Assembly: GCA_027371715.1 (NCBI GenBank) | Contig: DAHXMM010000022.1 | Coordinates: 1 to 32,000, forward strand | Direction: 5' to 3' | From: Elusimicrobiota bacterium | GTDB lineage: Bacteria > Elusimicrobiota > Elusimicrobia > UBA1565 > UBA9628 | Length of the DNA stretch: 32,000 bases | Shown here: piece by piece, positions 7,251 to 16,273 of the stretch | How the letters are laid out: each line of letters begins with the position of its first letter | Position numbering within the stretch: position 1 is the stretch's first letter | Notes under the pieces: generated by a model | Seen by the model: only the letters and a program-made list of their open reading frames with translations | Database searches by the model: none | What the model was told of the DNA's origin: nothing | Made by a program: the position numbers and the translations under genes

Positions 7251-10200
7251 ATGATTTCTAAAATTATCGAATTCTCCGCGCGCAATAAATTTCTCGTTAT
7301 TTTGCTGACTCTCGCCGCGAGTTTAGGCGCCTTTTACGCCGTTCAAAAAATGCCGTTGGACGCCCTTCCGGATTTGTCCGACACACAGGTTATTGTCGTC
7401 TCGAAATGGGACCAAGCGCCGGAAGTCTTGGAGGACCAGGTCACCTACCCCATCGTCTCCGCTCTTTTGGGCGCGCCCCAGGTCAAGGCCATTCGCGCGA
7501 CCAATGAATTCGGAATTTCCTTAGTCTACGTGATTTTCAAGGACGGCACCAATCTCTATTGGGCGAGAAGCCGGGTTTTAGAATATTTATCAAAAATCAC
7601 GGCGGAACTTCCCAAGGGAGTCAAGACTGAAATCGGCCCCGACGCGACCAGTCTAGGATGGGTCTATCAATACGCCTTGGTGGACGATTCCCACACGCTT
7701 GATTTGCCGCGGCTGCGGGCGCTTGAAGATTGGCAAATTCGCTACCAGCTTCAAAGCGTTCCCGGGGTCGCGGAAGTAGCCTCCATCGGCGGATATCAAA
7801 AGGAGTACCAAATTAAAATAAATCCTCGCGCCCTTTGGAGTTACGGAATTCCCATTACCCGCGTTCTCAAGGCCGTGGCGGAATCCAACAGCGAACGAAG
7901 CGGCGGGACCGTTGAGTTTTCGGGGCGAGAATTCATGATTTTAGGAAAAGGCTATTTAAGAGGCCTTAAGGATATCGCCCAAATTCCCCTGGGACGCGAC
8001 CCGAAAACCGGAACTCCGGTTTTGCTCAAGGACGTCGCTATTCTCAGCCTCGGCCCCGCCAGAAGAAGAGGCGTCGCGGATTTAAACGGACTTGGAGACG
8101 CCGTCGGCGGCATCGTTATTATGAGAAGCGGGGAAAACGCCCTCAACGTCATCGCCCGCGTCAAGGCAAAAATCAAGGAAATCGCGCCATCCTTGCCGCC
8201 GGGAGTTCGCCTTGTCCCGGTTTATGACCGATCAAATCTGATTCACCAGTCCATCCGCACGCTGACGGAGACCCTCGCGGAAGAAATGCTGGTCGTCAGT
8301 TTGGTCATCCTCTTTTTTCTGTGGCATTTTCCATCGGCCATCGTGCCGATCTTGACCATCCCCATCTCTATTTTTCTCGCCTTTATCCCGATGTCGGCCC
8401 TGGGAATTACGACCAACATTATGTCTTTGTCCGGCATCGCTATTTCAATCGGTATTTTAGTAGACGGCGCCATTGTCGAAGTAGAGAACGCCTACAAACG
8501 CCTGGAAGAATGGCAAGCCTCGGGCCGCAAGGGAGATTTTCACGAAGTTCGATTAAAGGCCTTGAGCGAGGTGGGTCCTTCGGTCTTTTTCTCGCTCTTG
8601 GTGATCGCCGCGGCCTTTTTGCCGATTTTTGCCTTGACCGGAGAAGAGGGCCGATTATTTAAACCCCTCGCGTACTCCAAAACCTTCGCGATGGCCTTGG
8701 CCGCGATTTTAGCCGTAACCCTGGACCCCGCCGTCCGAATGCTTTTCACGCGAATGGAGGGATTTAACTTCAAAATCCCCTGGATCAAAAAAATCGCCGA
8801 CGCCCTATTGGTAGGACGCTATTATCCGGAGGAAAAACACCCCGTCAGCCAAAGGCTTTTCAAAATTTATTCTCCCGTCGTTCGCTGGGTTTTGGAAAAG
8901 CCCAAAGCCGTTATTTTATCGGCGATTGCCCTATTAATTTTGAGCTTGCCTATTTTCCGAAGTCTCGGATCCGAATTCATGCCCCCTTTGAACGAGGGGA
9001 CCATCCTTTATATGCCGACCACTTTGCCGGGAATCTCGATTACCGAAGCCGGCCGAGTTCTTCAAATTCAAGATGAAATTCTAAAATCGTTCCCGGAAGT
9101 CAAAACGGTTTATGGAAAAGCCGGACGCGCCGACACTTCGACCGACCCTGCGCCCCTTTCGATGATGGAGACGACCGTCGTATTAAAACCAAGGAAAGAC
9201 TGGCCGAACGTTTCCTGTTTCGGCGGTTTTTGGAAATGCAAAAGTACCTACAAACAAATGATCTCTCAAATGGATCAAAAACTCAAGATTCCCGGATTTC
9301 CCAATATTTGGACGCAGCCCATTCGAAACCGCATCGATATGCTCTCGACCGGCATGAGAACCCCGGTGGGAATCAAAATTTTTGGGCCTCATTTGTCGGG
9401 CATTCAAGACCTCGGCGTTCAAATTGAAAAAACATTAAGCACGGTCGCCGGAACCCGCGAAGCGGTCGCGGAAAGAAGCGCCCAAGGCTATTACGTCAAT
9501 ATTCATCTTAACCGCCGGGCCCTGGCCCGCTACAATCTTTCGGTGGATGAAGCCAATTCGGTCGTCGCCGCAGCCTTGGGAGGAGCAAATCTCACGACCG
9601 TCATCAAAGGCCGAGAGCGTTTCCCCGTCAACGTCCGCTACGCCCCGGATTTTAGGGATAATATCGAAAAAATCAAGGAGACGCTAATTCCCATTTCCGG
9701 CGGGGCTCAAATTCCCTTGGCTGAAATCGCCGACATCCGCAAAAGTCTCGGCCCGGACATGATTCGAGATGAAAACGGGGAGCTGACCGGATACGTCTAT
9801 GTCGATTTAAACACTTCAAATATCGGAGATTACGTCCAAAAAGCGAAAGCCGCTCTTCAAAAATCAGTTTCCCCACCCCCGGGATATCGATACGAATTCA
9901 CCGGTCAATACCGGCAAATGAAAAAAGCGGATCAACGGCTTGAACTGATCATTCCGCTGGCGCTTTTCTTGGTCATTCTTCTTCTTTACTTTAACACGGG
10001 CTCTTGGATGGAAGCGGGAATTGTTCTCTTAGCGGTGCCTTTTTCAGCCATCGGGGCGATCTGGCTCTTGTGGATTTTGGACTATCACCTGTCTGTCGCG
10101 GTTGGAGTCGGGTTTATCGCGCTTTTAGGTCTGGACGCCGAGACCGGAATTTTCATGCTTTTGTATCTGAACCTGGAAAGAAAGGCCCGGGCCTCGACCG

Positions 10201-10457
10201 GACGACTCAATACCTTAAACGATCTCAAGGACGCGATTCACGACGGCGCGGCGAAAAGACTGCGGCCCAAGTTGATGACGGTTTCTTGCGCCTTCTTGGG
10301 ACTTTTGCCCGCGATGTTTGCTCACGGCGCTGGAGCCTCCATGATGAAAAGGATCGCCGCCCCCATGGTCGGCGGATTATTCACGTCCTTTCTGCTTGAA
10401 CTTCTCATCTACCCTGCGGTTTATCTTTTGTGGCGGAAAAATGAGATACAGGAATAA
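7251..10457 (+). CDS. cusA: CusA/CzcA-family heavy-metal efflux RND transporter, probably the monovalent (Cu/Ag) type
   Basis: DALPDLSDTQVIVVSKWDQAPEVLEDQVTYPI, SISIGILVDGAIVEVENAYKRLEEW-like TM4 segment, FMPPLNEGTILYMPTTLPGIS, GLDAETGIFMLLYLN. Good ribosome site AGGAG-7-ATG. Confidence 0.95.
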   Translation: MISKIIEFSARNKFLVILLTLAASLGAFYAVQKMPLDALPDLSDTQVIVVSKWDQAPEVLEDQVTYPIVSALLGAPQVKAIRATNEFGISLVYVIFKDGTNLYWARSRVLEYLSKITAELPKGVKTEIGPDATSLGWVYQYALVDDSHTLDLPRLRALEDWQIRYQLQSVPGVAEVASIGGYQKEYQIKINPRALWSYGIPITRVLKAVAESNSERSGGTVEFSGREFMILGKGYLRGLKDIAQIPLGRDPKTGTPVLLKDVAILSLGPARRRGVADLNGLGDAVGGIVIMRSGENALNVIARVKAKIKEIAPSLPPGVRLVPVYDRSNLIHQSIRTLTETLAEEMLVVSLVILFFLWHFPSAIVPILTIPISIFLAFIPMSALGITTNIMSLSGIAISIGILVDGAIVEVENAYKRLEEWQASGRKGDFHEVRLKALSEVGPSVFFSLLVIAAAFLPIFALTGEEGRLFKPLAYSKTFAMALAAILAVTLDPAVRMLFTRMEGFNFKIPWIKKIADALLVGRYYPEEKHPVSQRLFKIYSPVVRWVLEKPKAVILSAIALLILSLPIFRSLGSEFMPPLNEGTILYMPTTLPGISITEAGRVLQIQDEILKSFPEVKTVYGKAGRADTSTDPAPLSMMETTVVLKPRKDWPNVSCFGGFWKCKSTYKQMISQMDQKLKIPGFPNIWTQPIRNRIDMLSTGMRTPVGIKIFGPHLSGIQDLGVQIEKTLSTVAGTREAVAERSAQGYYVNIHLNRRALARYNLSVDEANSVVAAALGGANLTTVIKGRERFPVNVRYAPDFRDNIEKIKETLIPISGGAQIPLAEIADIRKSLGPDMIRDENGELTGYVYVDLNTSNIGDYVQKAKAALQKSVSPPPGYRYEFTGQYRQMKKADQRLELIIPLALFLVILLLYFNTGSWMEAGIVLLAVPFSAIGAIWLLWILDYHLSVAVGVGFIALLGLDAETGIFMLLYLNLERKARASTGRLNTLNDLKDAIHDGAAKRLRPKLMTVSCAFLGLLPAMFAHGAGASMMKRIAAPMVGGLFTSFLLELLIYPAVYLLWRKNEIQE

Positions 10458-10490
10458 TTTTTTATCGATAAGGCATTACTTAAAGCCGCC

Positions 10491-11147
10491 TCAATGTCCT
10501 TCCGCCAAAAGAAGCTCTCCCGCGTAAAGTCTTTTATTGTCGGAATTAAACTCATGCTTGACGTCAACCAAAAGCTTCTCCAGAGACAATATCTTCCAGC
10601 CCTGGCAATAATAGACGCCGGGACTCTTTTGGTTCATCTCCAAGGATAAAACAAAGTGATGGACGTCCTGGGTAATCTTAAAATCTTCCGAGGGGGAAAG
10701 ATAAAATGAACGCTGGGTTGTTTCCACATTTTTCCGATTAAACGTCTTGCATTCGAGATAATTACGGCGCTCGTTTTGGTCCACGAATTCCAAATCGGGA
10801 TAACCCGCCGACTTTGTTTTTCCATTTACTTGCGGCTTTCCCGCCTTCCTCGCCCCAGATTCGATGAGCGCCTTCTCCACAAAAGCTTCAATGGCATTGC
10901 CCACTTCATTGGGACGCCGACTTCTGATGCCCTCTTTATTGATATACCTTTTAAAGCTGTTTGAGCCGTCTTTTTCATCAGACGGCTTAAATGGAACCAC
11001 GCGATGGCCCGATAGAGATTCAATGACGAGCCGAAAGGGAACGTCCTTGAGAGGCTCAATCATATGTTTGACGATGGATTCGAGTCGCTGGACATAAACC
11101 GCGTCCGAGACGAGGCTTTCCCTATCCTTGGTCTTGGGATAATTCAC
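10491..11147 (-). CDS. Putative type II restriction endonuclease (PD-(D/E)XK fold)
   Basis: GYPDLEFVDQNERRNYLECKTF fits a PD...ExK catalytic core. GTG start in a GTGA overlap with the upstream DNA methyltransferase. Confidence 0.7.
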   Translation of the reverse strand: MNYPKTKDRESLVSDAVYVQRLESIVKHMIEPLKDVPFRLVIESLSGHRVVPFKPSDEKDGSNSFKRYINKEGIRSRRPNEVGNAIEAFVEKALIESGARKAGKPQVNGKTKSAGYPDLEFVDQNERRNYLECKTFNRKNVETTQRSFYLSPSEDFKITQDVHHFVLSLEMNQKSPGVYYCQGWKILSLEKLLVDVKHEFNSDNKRLYAGELLLAEGH

Positions 11148-12466
11148 GGCGCCTCCTTGCGGAAAATAACAATGCGATTCGTATTCGTGCCCAGAGAATT
11201 ATTGCCGATGCCCCAGATATTCGACGTTTTCGTGAACCGCTGCTCGTTGACCATGACGCAAAGGCATTTAAAACCCGCGGATATTCCAACCGGAATGACA
11301 TAATCCTCGAGCTTAAGAGTTCCCTTGCGGATTTCGCCGACCTCGAAAGCGACATAGCCTCCAGGCATGGTCACTCGGAGCAAATCGCGAAAAACATCCT
11401 TCATCACGGACGCCCATTCCTTGACCGCCCGAGATATCGTTATTTTTGGAGAAATACTGGCGAAGTCAATTCCATTAAACCACAAGCGAAGCCAGTTATC
11501 CTTGGAGTATTCCACGATGTCAAGAAAAGGTGGAGAAGTCACCGTCAACTTCACTGATTCGGGTTCCACCTCCAAAACTTTTGCGGCATTGCGGCAGGCA
11601 AACAAGGCCTTCCGGGAAGCAAAATTCAACCGTTCGATATCCCTCAATGTCAAATCTTTCATTAGGGCTTTCGTTTTTTTGAGGATAATTTTTCGAATAT
11701 CCCTATATTCGGGAGTTTGATTTCTCTTCTCGTTGATTCGTTTTTGATCCTCTTGGGATGCCGCCTGATTGGGAGGAAGCGTATAGACGGAAAAAAATCC
11801 GCTCGAATGACCCGTCAGACGATTGGTCGCCGTCATCCGAATCCAACGATCAATATCATCTTCTTTTCCCTCGGTTTCTCTTTGATTGAGATAGGTTCTC
11901 AGGGAAACTATCTCGCTTTCCGTTATCGGGTGATAAAACATGCTTAAATCGATTTCCGCCCGTGACTTCCTATCCATTGGAATGGAATCCAAGCGCCTTA
12001 AAATTTGTTCCATGTCGGGGACGCGCAACCTTGGACGAGCCAATATTTTGCTCAGCGGATTTATGTCGTTTCCAACGGGAATGCGCCCCAAAAGCGCCGC
12101 CTCAATCGCGGTCGTCCCGCGTCCAAGAAACGGATCATAAACCCTGTCTCCCGGAAGAGTCAGGCGTTCAATAAAAAAACGCGGCAGTTGAGGCTTAAAG
12201 CAGGCGCGGTAGGACACTTCATGAACGGAATTGCCTTGCCTTTGGCGCGAAGTCCAAAATTCGCCTGTAAATACGGGGATATCAGCGCCTGATTTATTCC
12301 AAACGCCCAAGCGCGGGAGTTTAGACTCCAAAGGCGATTTATCGTCCAACCCCATCGCGGGTGAATTTAGAAATTCAAAAAACCAGCGGATTTCAGGGCT
12401 GACTTGCCCCTCTTTTTGAAGACTTAATTCCTGGCTAACTATCGGCGATCCAAAACTCATATTCAT
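11144..12466 (-). CDS. DNA methyltransferase of a type II-like RM system (N4-cytosine or N6-adenine specificity not resolved)
   Basis: DPFLGRGTTAIEAALLGRIPVGNDINP (AdoMet-binding region), TVTSPPFLDIVEYSKDNW (motif IV), PGGYVAFEVGEI. Start placed at the ATG at 12466 rather than the GTG at 12481. Confidence 0.88.
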   Translation of the reverse strand: MNMSFGSPIVSQELSLQKEGQVSPEIRWFFEFLNSPAMGLDDKSPLESKLPRLGVWNKSGADIPVFTGEFWTSRQRQGNSVHEVSYRACFKPQLPRFFIERLTLPGDRVYDPFLGRGTTAIEAALLGRIPVGNDINPLSKILARPRLRVPDMEQILRRLDSIPMDRKSRAEIDLSMFYHPITESEIVSLRTYLNQRETEGKEDDIDRWIRMTATNRLTGHSSGFFSVYTLPPNQAASQEDQKRINEKRNQTPEYRDIRKIILKKTKALMKDLTLRDIERLNFASRKALFACRNAAKVLEVEPESVKLTVTSPPFLDIVEYSKDNWLRLWFNGIDFASISPKITISRAVKEWASVMKDVFRDLLRVTMPGGYVAFEVGEIRKGTLKLEDYVIPVGISAGFKCLCVMVNEQRFTKTSNIWGIGNNSLGTNTNRIVIFRKEAP

Positions 12467-12469
12467 TTT

Positions 12470-12497
12470 AGTATACCACACCTCTTATACGGCTCAA
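12470..12497 (-). promoter_or_regulatory. Promoter-like TTGAGC-16-TATACT directly upstream of the methyltransferase start
   Basis: Plus strand gctcaa at 12492-12497 and agtata at 12470-12475; ATG at 12466 and a second in-frame ATG at 12460. Confidence 0.5.
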
Positions 12498-12615
12498 AGC
12501 CCTATTTTGTTCCCTTGGATGCCCCCGTTTATCTTTAGCACAACCCCAAAGACCCAGGCGGCGTCTAGGTCTTTAGACCCTGACTGAACCTCGAAAATTG
12601 GTTTATCCTAACCTT

Positions 12616-14712
12616 ATGAATATTCAACGCCAATCTAAGAAAAATTGGTTCGCCCTTTTTCTGGTCTTGTGCCTTTCTTTTCAAAACGCATTTTCGATTG
12701 CCGCTGATTTTGGGGAAATCAGGGAAAACATTCCCCAAAACTCAAGAATCGGTCATTCTTTATCGGGGCCCGACCTCTCGTTTTTCCTCACTCCCCAGGA
12801 AATGTTGGCGCAATATCAGGAAGCTGAAGACCGCTATCAAATAGAAATTAAGAAAGTTCTCTCGGTTCCCCAAGATCAAATTAATTTTGAGAATACCGCG
12901 AAAGCCCTTGAAGCGGCCGCAGCGAATTACTCGGATAAAATCCAACCTCTCACCTTCCTCAGCCAAGTTTCCCCCAACCCTCAAATCCGAGAGGCGGCGG
13001 AGAGAATTGAAGAAAAAGCCCAAAACTTTGGAAATAATATCGATCACGAGGCCCTTTACAAGATTTTGCGCCAGTGCGCCAATAAAAGAGAGAATCTCGA
13101 TGAAAAAGACTCCGAATTACTTAAAAGTAGCCTCCAAAGTTTTCAATCCGGCGGAATTGGGCTTAAACCCGAAGCGAGAGAGCGGCTGAAAGTCATTGAC
13201 GAACGCCTGGGTCAAATCGCGATGGAGTTTCAAAAAAACATTAATGAAAACGACGATTTTATCGCCGCCAACCGAGAAGAGCTTAACGGCCTGCCGGATG
13301 ATTATATCAATGGACTTCAAAAAAATGAAAGCGGGAAGTATCTCGTGACCCTCAAATACCCGGACTATGTCCCTTTCATGCAACAAGCGGAAAACGCTTC
13401 CCTAAGAAAAAAAATTGAATTTAAATTCAATAATCGCGCGTCCCAAAAAAACATTCCTCTTCTTCAAGAAGCTCTGAAGCTCAAGGACGAATCGGCAAAA
13501 ATCCAAGGGTATCCCTCCTATCCGGATATGGCTTTGGAAGACCGAATGGCCGAAAAACCGGAAAACGTCTGGCAGTTTTTAAACGGACTTTTGCCCCTTT
13601 TGAGATCCAAGGGAGACAAAGAACTTGAAGAACTTCTCAAAATCAAGCAGAAAGATTTCCCCGAGGCCCAAAAAGTTCATTCTTGGGAAAAAAGCTATTA
13701 CCTGGACAAGTGGCACAAATCTCAAAACAAAACCGATGAGGGTCTGATTAAGGAATATTTTCCGGTCAATCAAGTAGTCGAAGGAACCCTAAAAACTTAT
13801 CAAAAAATTTTGGGAGTTCAATTTTCCGAGATTCAAAATCCGGATGTTTGGCACAAAGACGTCCGGGCTTTTGAAATTAGGGACGCAAAAACCAACCAAC
13901 GCATCGGCCATTTCTATCTTGATCTCTATCCTAGGCCGGGAAAATTCGGGCATGCCGCGGTTTTTCCCTTGGTCAACGGCCGCGAGACTAAAAATGCCTA
14001 TCAAGAGCCCTCGGCGGCGATGGTCGCAAACCTCAGCCCGCCCCGCGCCGATCGCCCGGCCCTTCTTAACTTTGACGAAGTGGAAACCTTCTTTCATGAG
14101 TTCGGGCATTTGATGCATCATACGCTCACCAAGGCCCGATACGCGAGTTTTTCTGGAATGAATGTCGCCTTGGATTTTGTCGAAGCGCCTTCTCAAATGA
14201 TGGAAAATTTTATTTGGGAGCCCGAGGTTCTAAATGAAATTTCCGGACATTATCAAGACTCTCAAAGAAAACTCCCCAAAGAGATTCTCAATGAGATGAA
14301 ACAATCGAAGAAACTGGGAGAATCCTTGGCTTATCTAAGACAACTGGCCTTGGCCCTTGCCGACATGACCCTTCACGCGACGATTCCCAATGACGCGAAC
14401 ACGCTTTTCAATCAAATCATGGGTTGGATTAGTCTCTTCCCACCCCAGGAGAACACTCATTTTGCCGCGAGTTTCGGCCATCTTCTCGGCGGCTACGGCG
14501 CCGGATATTACGCGTACTTGTGGTCTGAAGTCTTCGCCGACGATCTCTTCTCGCGCTTTAAAAAAGAAGGAATTTTAAACCCGCAGGTCGGAATGGAGTA
14601 TCGCAAGAAAATCCTTGAGCAGGGAAGCGAACGACCCGAAATGGAATCCATGAAGGATTTCTTGGGTCGCGAGCCTAACAACGAGGCTTTCTTAAATAAA
14701 ATCCTAAACTAA
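12616..14712 (+). CDS. Secreted M3-family metallopeptidase (oligopeptidase/thimet oligopeptidase-like)
   Basis: Signal-like N-terminus NWFALFLVLCLSFQNAFS, zinc motif TFFHEFGHLMHHTL, LDFVEAPSQMMENFIWEPEVL, C-terminal GGYGAGYYAYLWSEVFADDLF. ATG at 12616 preferred over the TTG at 12598. Confidence 0.93.
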   Translation: MNIQRQSKKNWFALFLVLCLSFQNAFSIAADFGEIRENIPQNSRIGHSLSGPDLSFFLTPQEMLAQYQEAEDRYQIEIKKVLSVPQDQINFENTAKALEAAAANYSDKIQPLTFLSQVSPNPQIREAAERIEEKAQNFGNNIDHEALYKILRQCANKRENLDEKDSELLKSSLQSFQSGGIGLKPEARERLKVIDERLGQIAMEFQKNINENDDFIAANREELNGLPDDYINGLQKNESGKYLVTLKYPDYVPFMQQAENASLRKKIEFKFNNRASQKNIPLLQEALKLKDESAKIQGYPSYPDMALEDRMAEKPENVWQFLNGLLPLLRSKGDKELEELLKIKQKDFPEAQKVHSWEKSYYLDKWHKSQNKTDEGLIKEYFPVNQVVEGTLKTYQKILGVQFSEIQNPDVWHKDVRAFEIRDAKTNQRIGHFYLDLYPRPGKFGHAAVFPLVNGRETKNAYQEPSAAMVANLSPPRADRPALLNFDEVETFFHEFGHLMHHTLTKARYASFSGMNVALDFVEAPSQMMENFIWEPEVLNEISGHYQDSQRKLPKEILNEMKQSKKLGESLAYLRQLALALADMTLHATIPNDANTLFNQIMGWISLFPPQENTHFAASFGHLLGGYGAGYYAYLWSEVFADDLFSRFKKEGILNPQVGMEYRKKILEQGSERPEMESMKDFLGREPNNEAFLNKILN

Positions 14713-15203
14713 GGCGTCAGTTTCGCGCCAGACTGTTGATACCAATACTTAGGCGCGTTGGAATCAAAAGGATAGCGCAGAGGCGCGATCGCGTCCACAA
14801 AAGCGATTACCTGGCTCCCATTCACCACATAGCCCCAGCCGCCCGTATTTTTAATTTTGGATCCGTCAACTTGTCCGTTTTTTAAAATCGTGGACGAATA
14901 AACCGTCACCAAGCGAGTGCTTCGGTAGCTGGGAATTCCCAACTCAACAATGGGGATCTCAAACAAGTATTTAGGAACCAGAGACTTAAGGTCCGGGGGA
15001 ATTGTCCCATGGTCATGATAATAGGCCGCGATGGCATCATCAATATTTCCCAAAAATGAAAGAGTCTGAGACTCATCCGCCTGAACCTGCACCTTTGAAG
15101 CCGCCTTATCCATCGCGCGAGATGACGAATCGGTAAAAAGTTGCGTCGAAGACGCGCAAGCCGTAAATGAAAATACAGCCGCTAAGAAAAATATTTTTTT
15201 CAC
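14709..15203 (-). CDS. Predicted lipoprotein with pseudopilin-like (type II secretion G-like) region
   Basis: Lipobox-like FSFTAC; DDAIAAYYHDHGTIPPDLKSLVPKYL resembles the post-helix region of pseudopilins. GTG start preceded by GGGAGGT. Confidence 0.5.
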   Translation of the reverse strand: MKKIFFLAAVFSFTACASSTQLFTDSSSRAMDKAASKVQVQADESQTLSFLGNIDDAIAAYYHDHGTIPPDLKSLVPKYLFEIPIVELGIPSYRSTRLVTVYSSTILKNGQVDGSKIKNTGGWGYVVNGSQVIAFVDAIAPLRYPFDSNAPKYWYQQSGAKLTP

Positions 15204-16273
15204 CGTAAGACCTCCCTAATTGTTCCTCCGCCGATAACCTCCGTTCCATGATACAAAACCGCCGATTGTCCCGGGGTAATGGCTCTTTGTGGAGAATCGA
15301 AATGAATGCGCACCCGCCCGCTTTCCGTCAATAAAAACTTCGAAGACGCGGGCATGTGACGATGACGAATGCGAACTTCGGCCCGACCCTCCAAAATTGG
15401 CCGACCACCGCTCCAACTCATGTCGGACACCTCGCAAAGAGACGCCAGCGTCTCTTCTTTTTCTCCCACAATCACTGTTTGATTCTCGGGATCCAAACGC
15501 ACAACGTATTTCGGATCCGGCGTCCCTGACACCAAACCCTTTCTTTGCCCAATCGTATAACCCACGGTTCCCTGATGACGACCAAGTTCGCGGCCAGAAA
15601 TATCTTTGATTGGGCCGGATTTAAGGGCGGATTGAATTTTTGAACTCAAGGGATGAGATTTCACAAACCCACGATAATCGCGGTTGGGGATAAAACAAAT
15701 TTCTTGACTCTCCGGCTTATCTGCCGTCTTAAGCCCCAAGCGCCTTGCATAATCTCTAACCTCCGGCTTTGAAAGTTCCCCCACGGGAAAAATAAGCCGA
15801 GATAATTCGCTAGGGCCCAAATTGTAAAGAAAATAAGTCTGATCTTTGTTTTCATCGCAAGCGCGGTAAAGTTTTCCGTCCTGAACCCGCGCGTAATGGC
15901 CCGTAGCCAAAAATTTTGCGTTCCACGCTTCCGCAAGCCCCAACAAATGCCCAAATTTGACAAAGCGGTTACAGAGAGCGCAAGGATTGGGAGTGTCCCC
16001 ACGAAGATAAGACTCAACAAAAGGACGAATGACCTTATCTTCGAAAAGCTCATCCATGGTAATCACATAATGGGAAATATTAAGTCGAGACGCCACTGCT
16101 TTCGCATCCGCGATATCGGCCGGCGACCCGCAACAACCAAAGCCCGTGGGCGCGCCGGGCAAAAGCTGAAGGGTCACTCCAATCGTCTCAAAACCTTGCT
16201 CAACAAGCAAAGCGGCGGCGACCGAACTGTCCACCCCTCCCGACATCGCGACAACCGCTCGTTCTTGAGTCAT
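15200..16273 (-). CDS. mnmA: tRNA-uridine 2-sulfurtransferase MnmA
   Basis: VVAMSGGVDSSVAAALL, NPCALCNRFVKFG, FLATGHYAR, ESQEICFIPNRDY, GYTIGQRKGL. ATG at 16273 forms an ATGA overlap with the upstream gene. Confidence 0.95.
   Translation of the reverse strand: MTQERAVVAMSGGVDSSVAAALLVEQGFETIGVTLQLLPGAPTGFGCCGSPADIADAKAVASRLNISHYVITMDELFEDKVIRPFVESYLRGDTPNPCALCNRFVKFGHLLGLAEAWNAKFLATGHYARVQDGKLYRACDENKDQTYFLYNLGPSELSRLIFPVGELSKPEVRDYARRLGLKTADKPESQEICFIPNRDYRGFVKSHPLSSKIQSALKSGPIKDISGRELGRHQGTVGYTIGQRKGLVSGTPDPKYVVRLDPENQTVIVGEKEETLASLCEVSDMSWSGGRPILEGRAEVRIRHRHMPASSKFLLTESGRVRIHFDSPQRAITPGQSAVLYHGTEVIGGGTIREVLR

Noticed and set aside
6955-7254. 99-aa plus-strand ORF between cusB and cusA
   Set aside because: It runs through the terminator, small RNA and the antisense of the tRNA. 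RERDSNPHRPFERRPFYRLNYPTVS is the familiar conceptual translation of an antisense tRNA, not a protein.
8321-8662. Plus-strand out-of-frame ORFs within cusA (also 10004-10399)
   Set aside because: They lie inside an intact, well-conserved RND transporter reading frame and have no domain signature.
11367-12292. Plus-strand ORFs opposite the DNA methyltransferase
   Set aside because: They are antisense to a gene with clear methyltransferase motifs and have low-information sequence.
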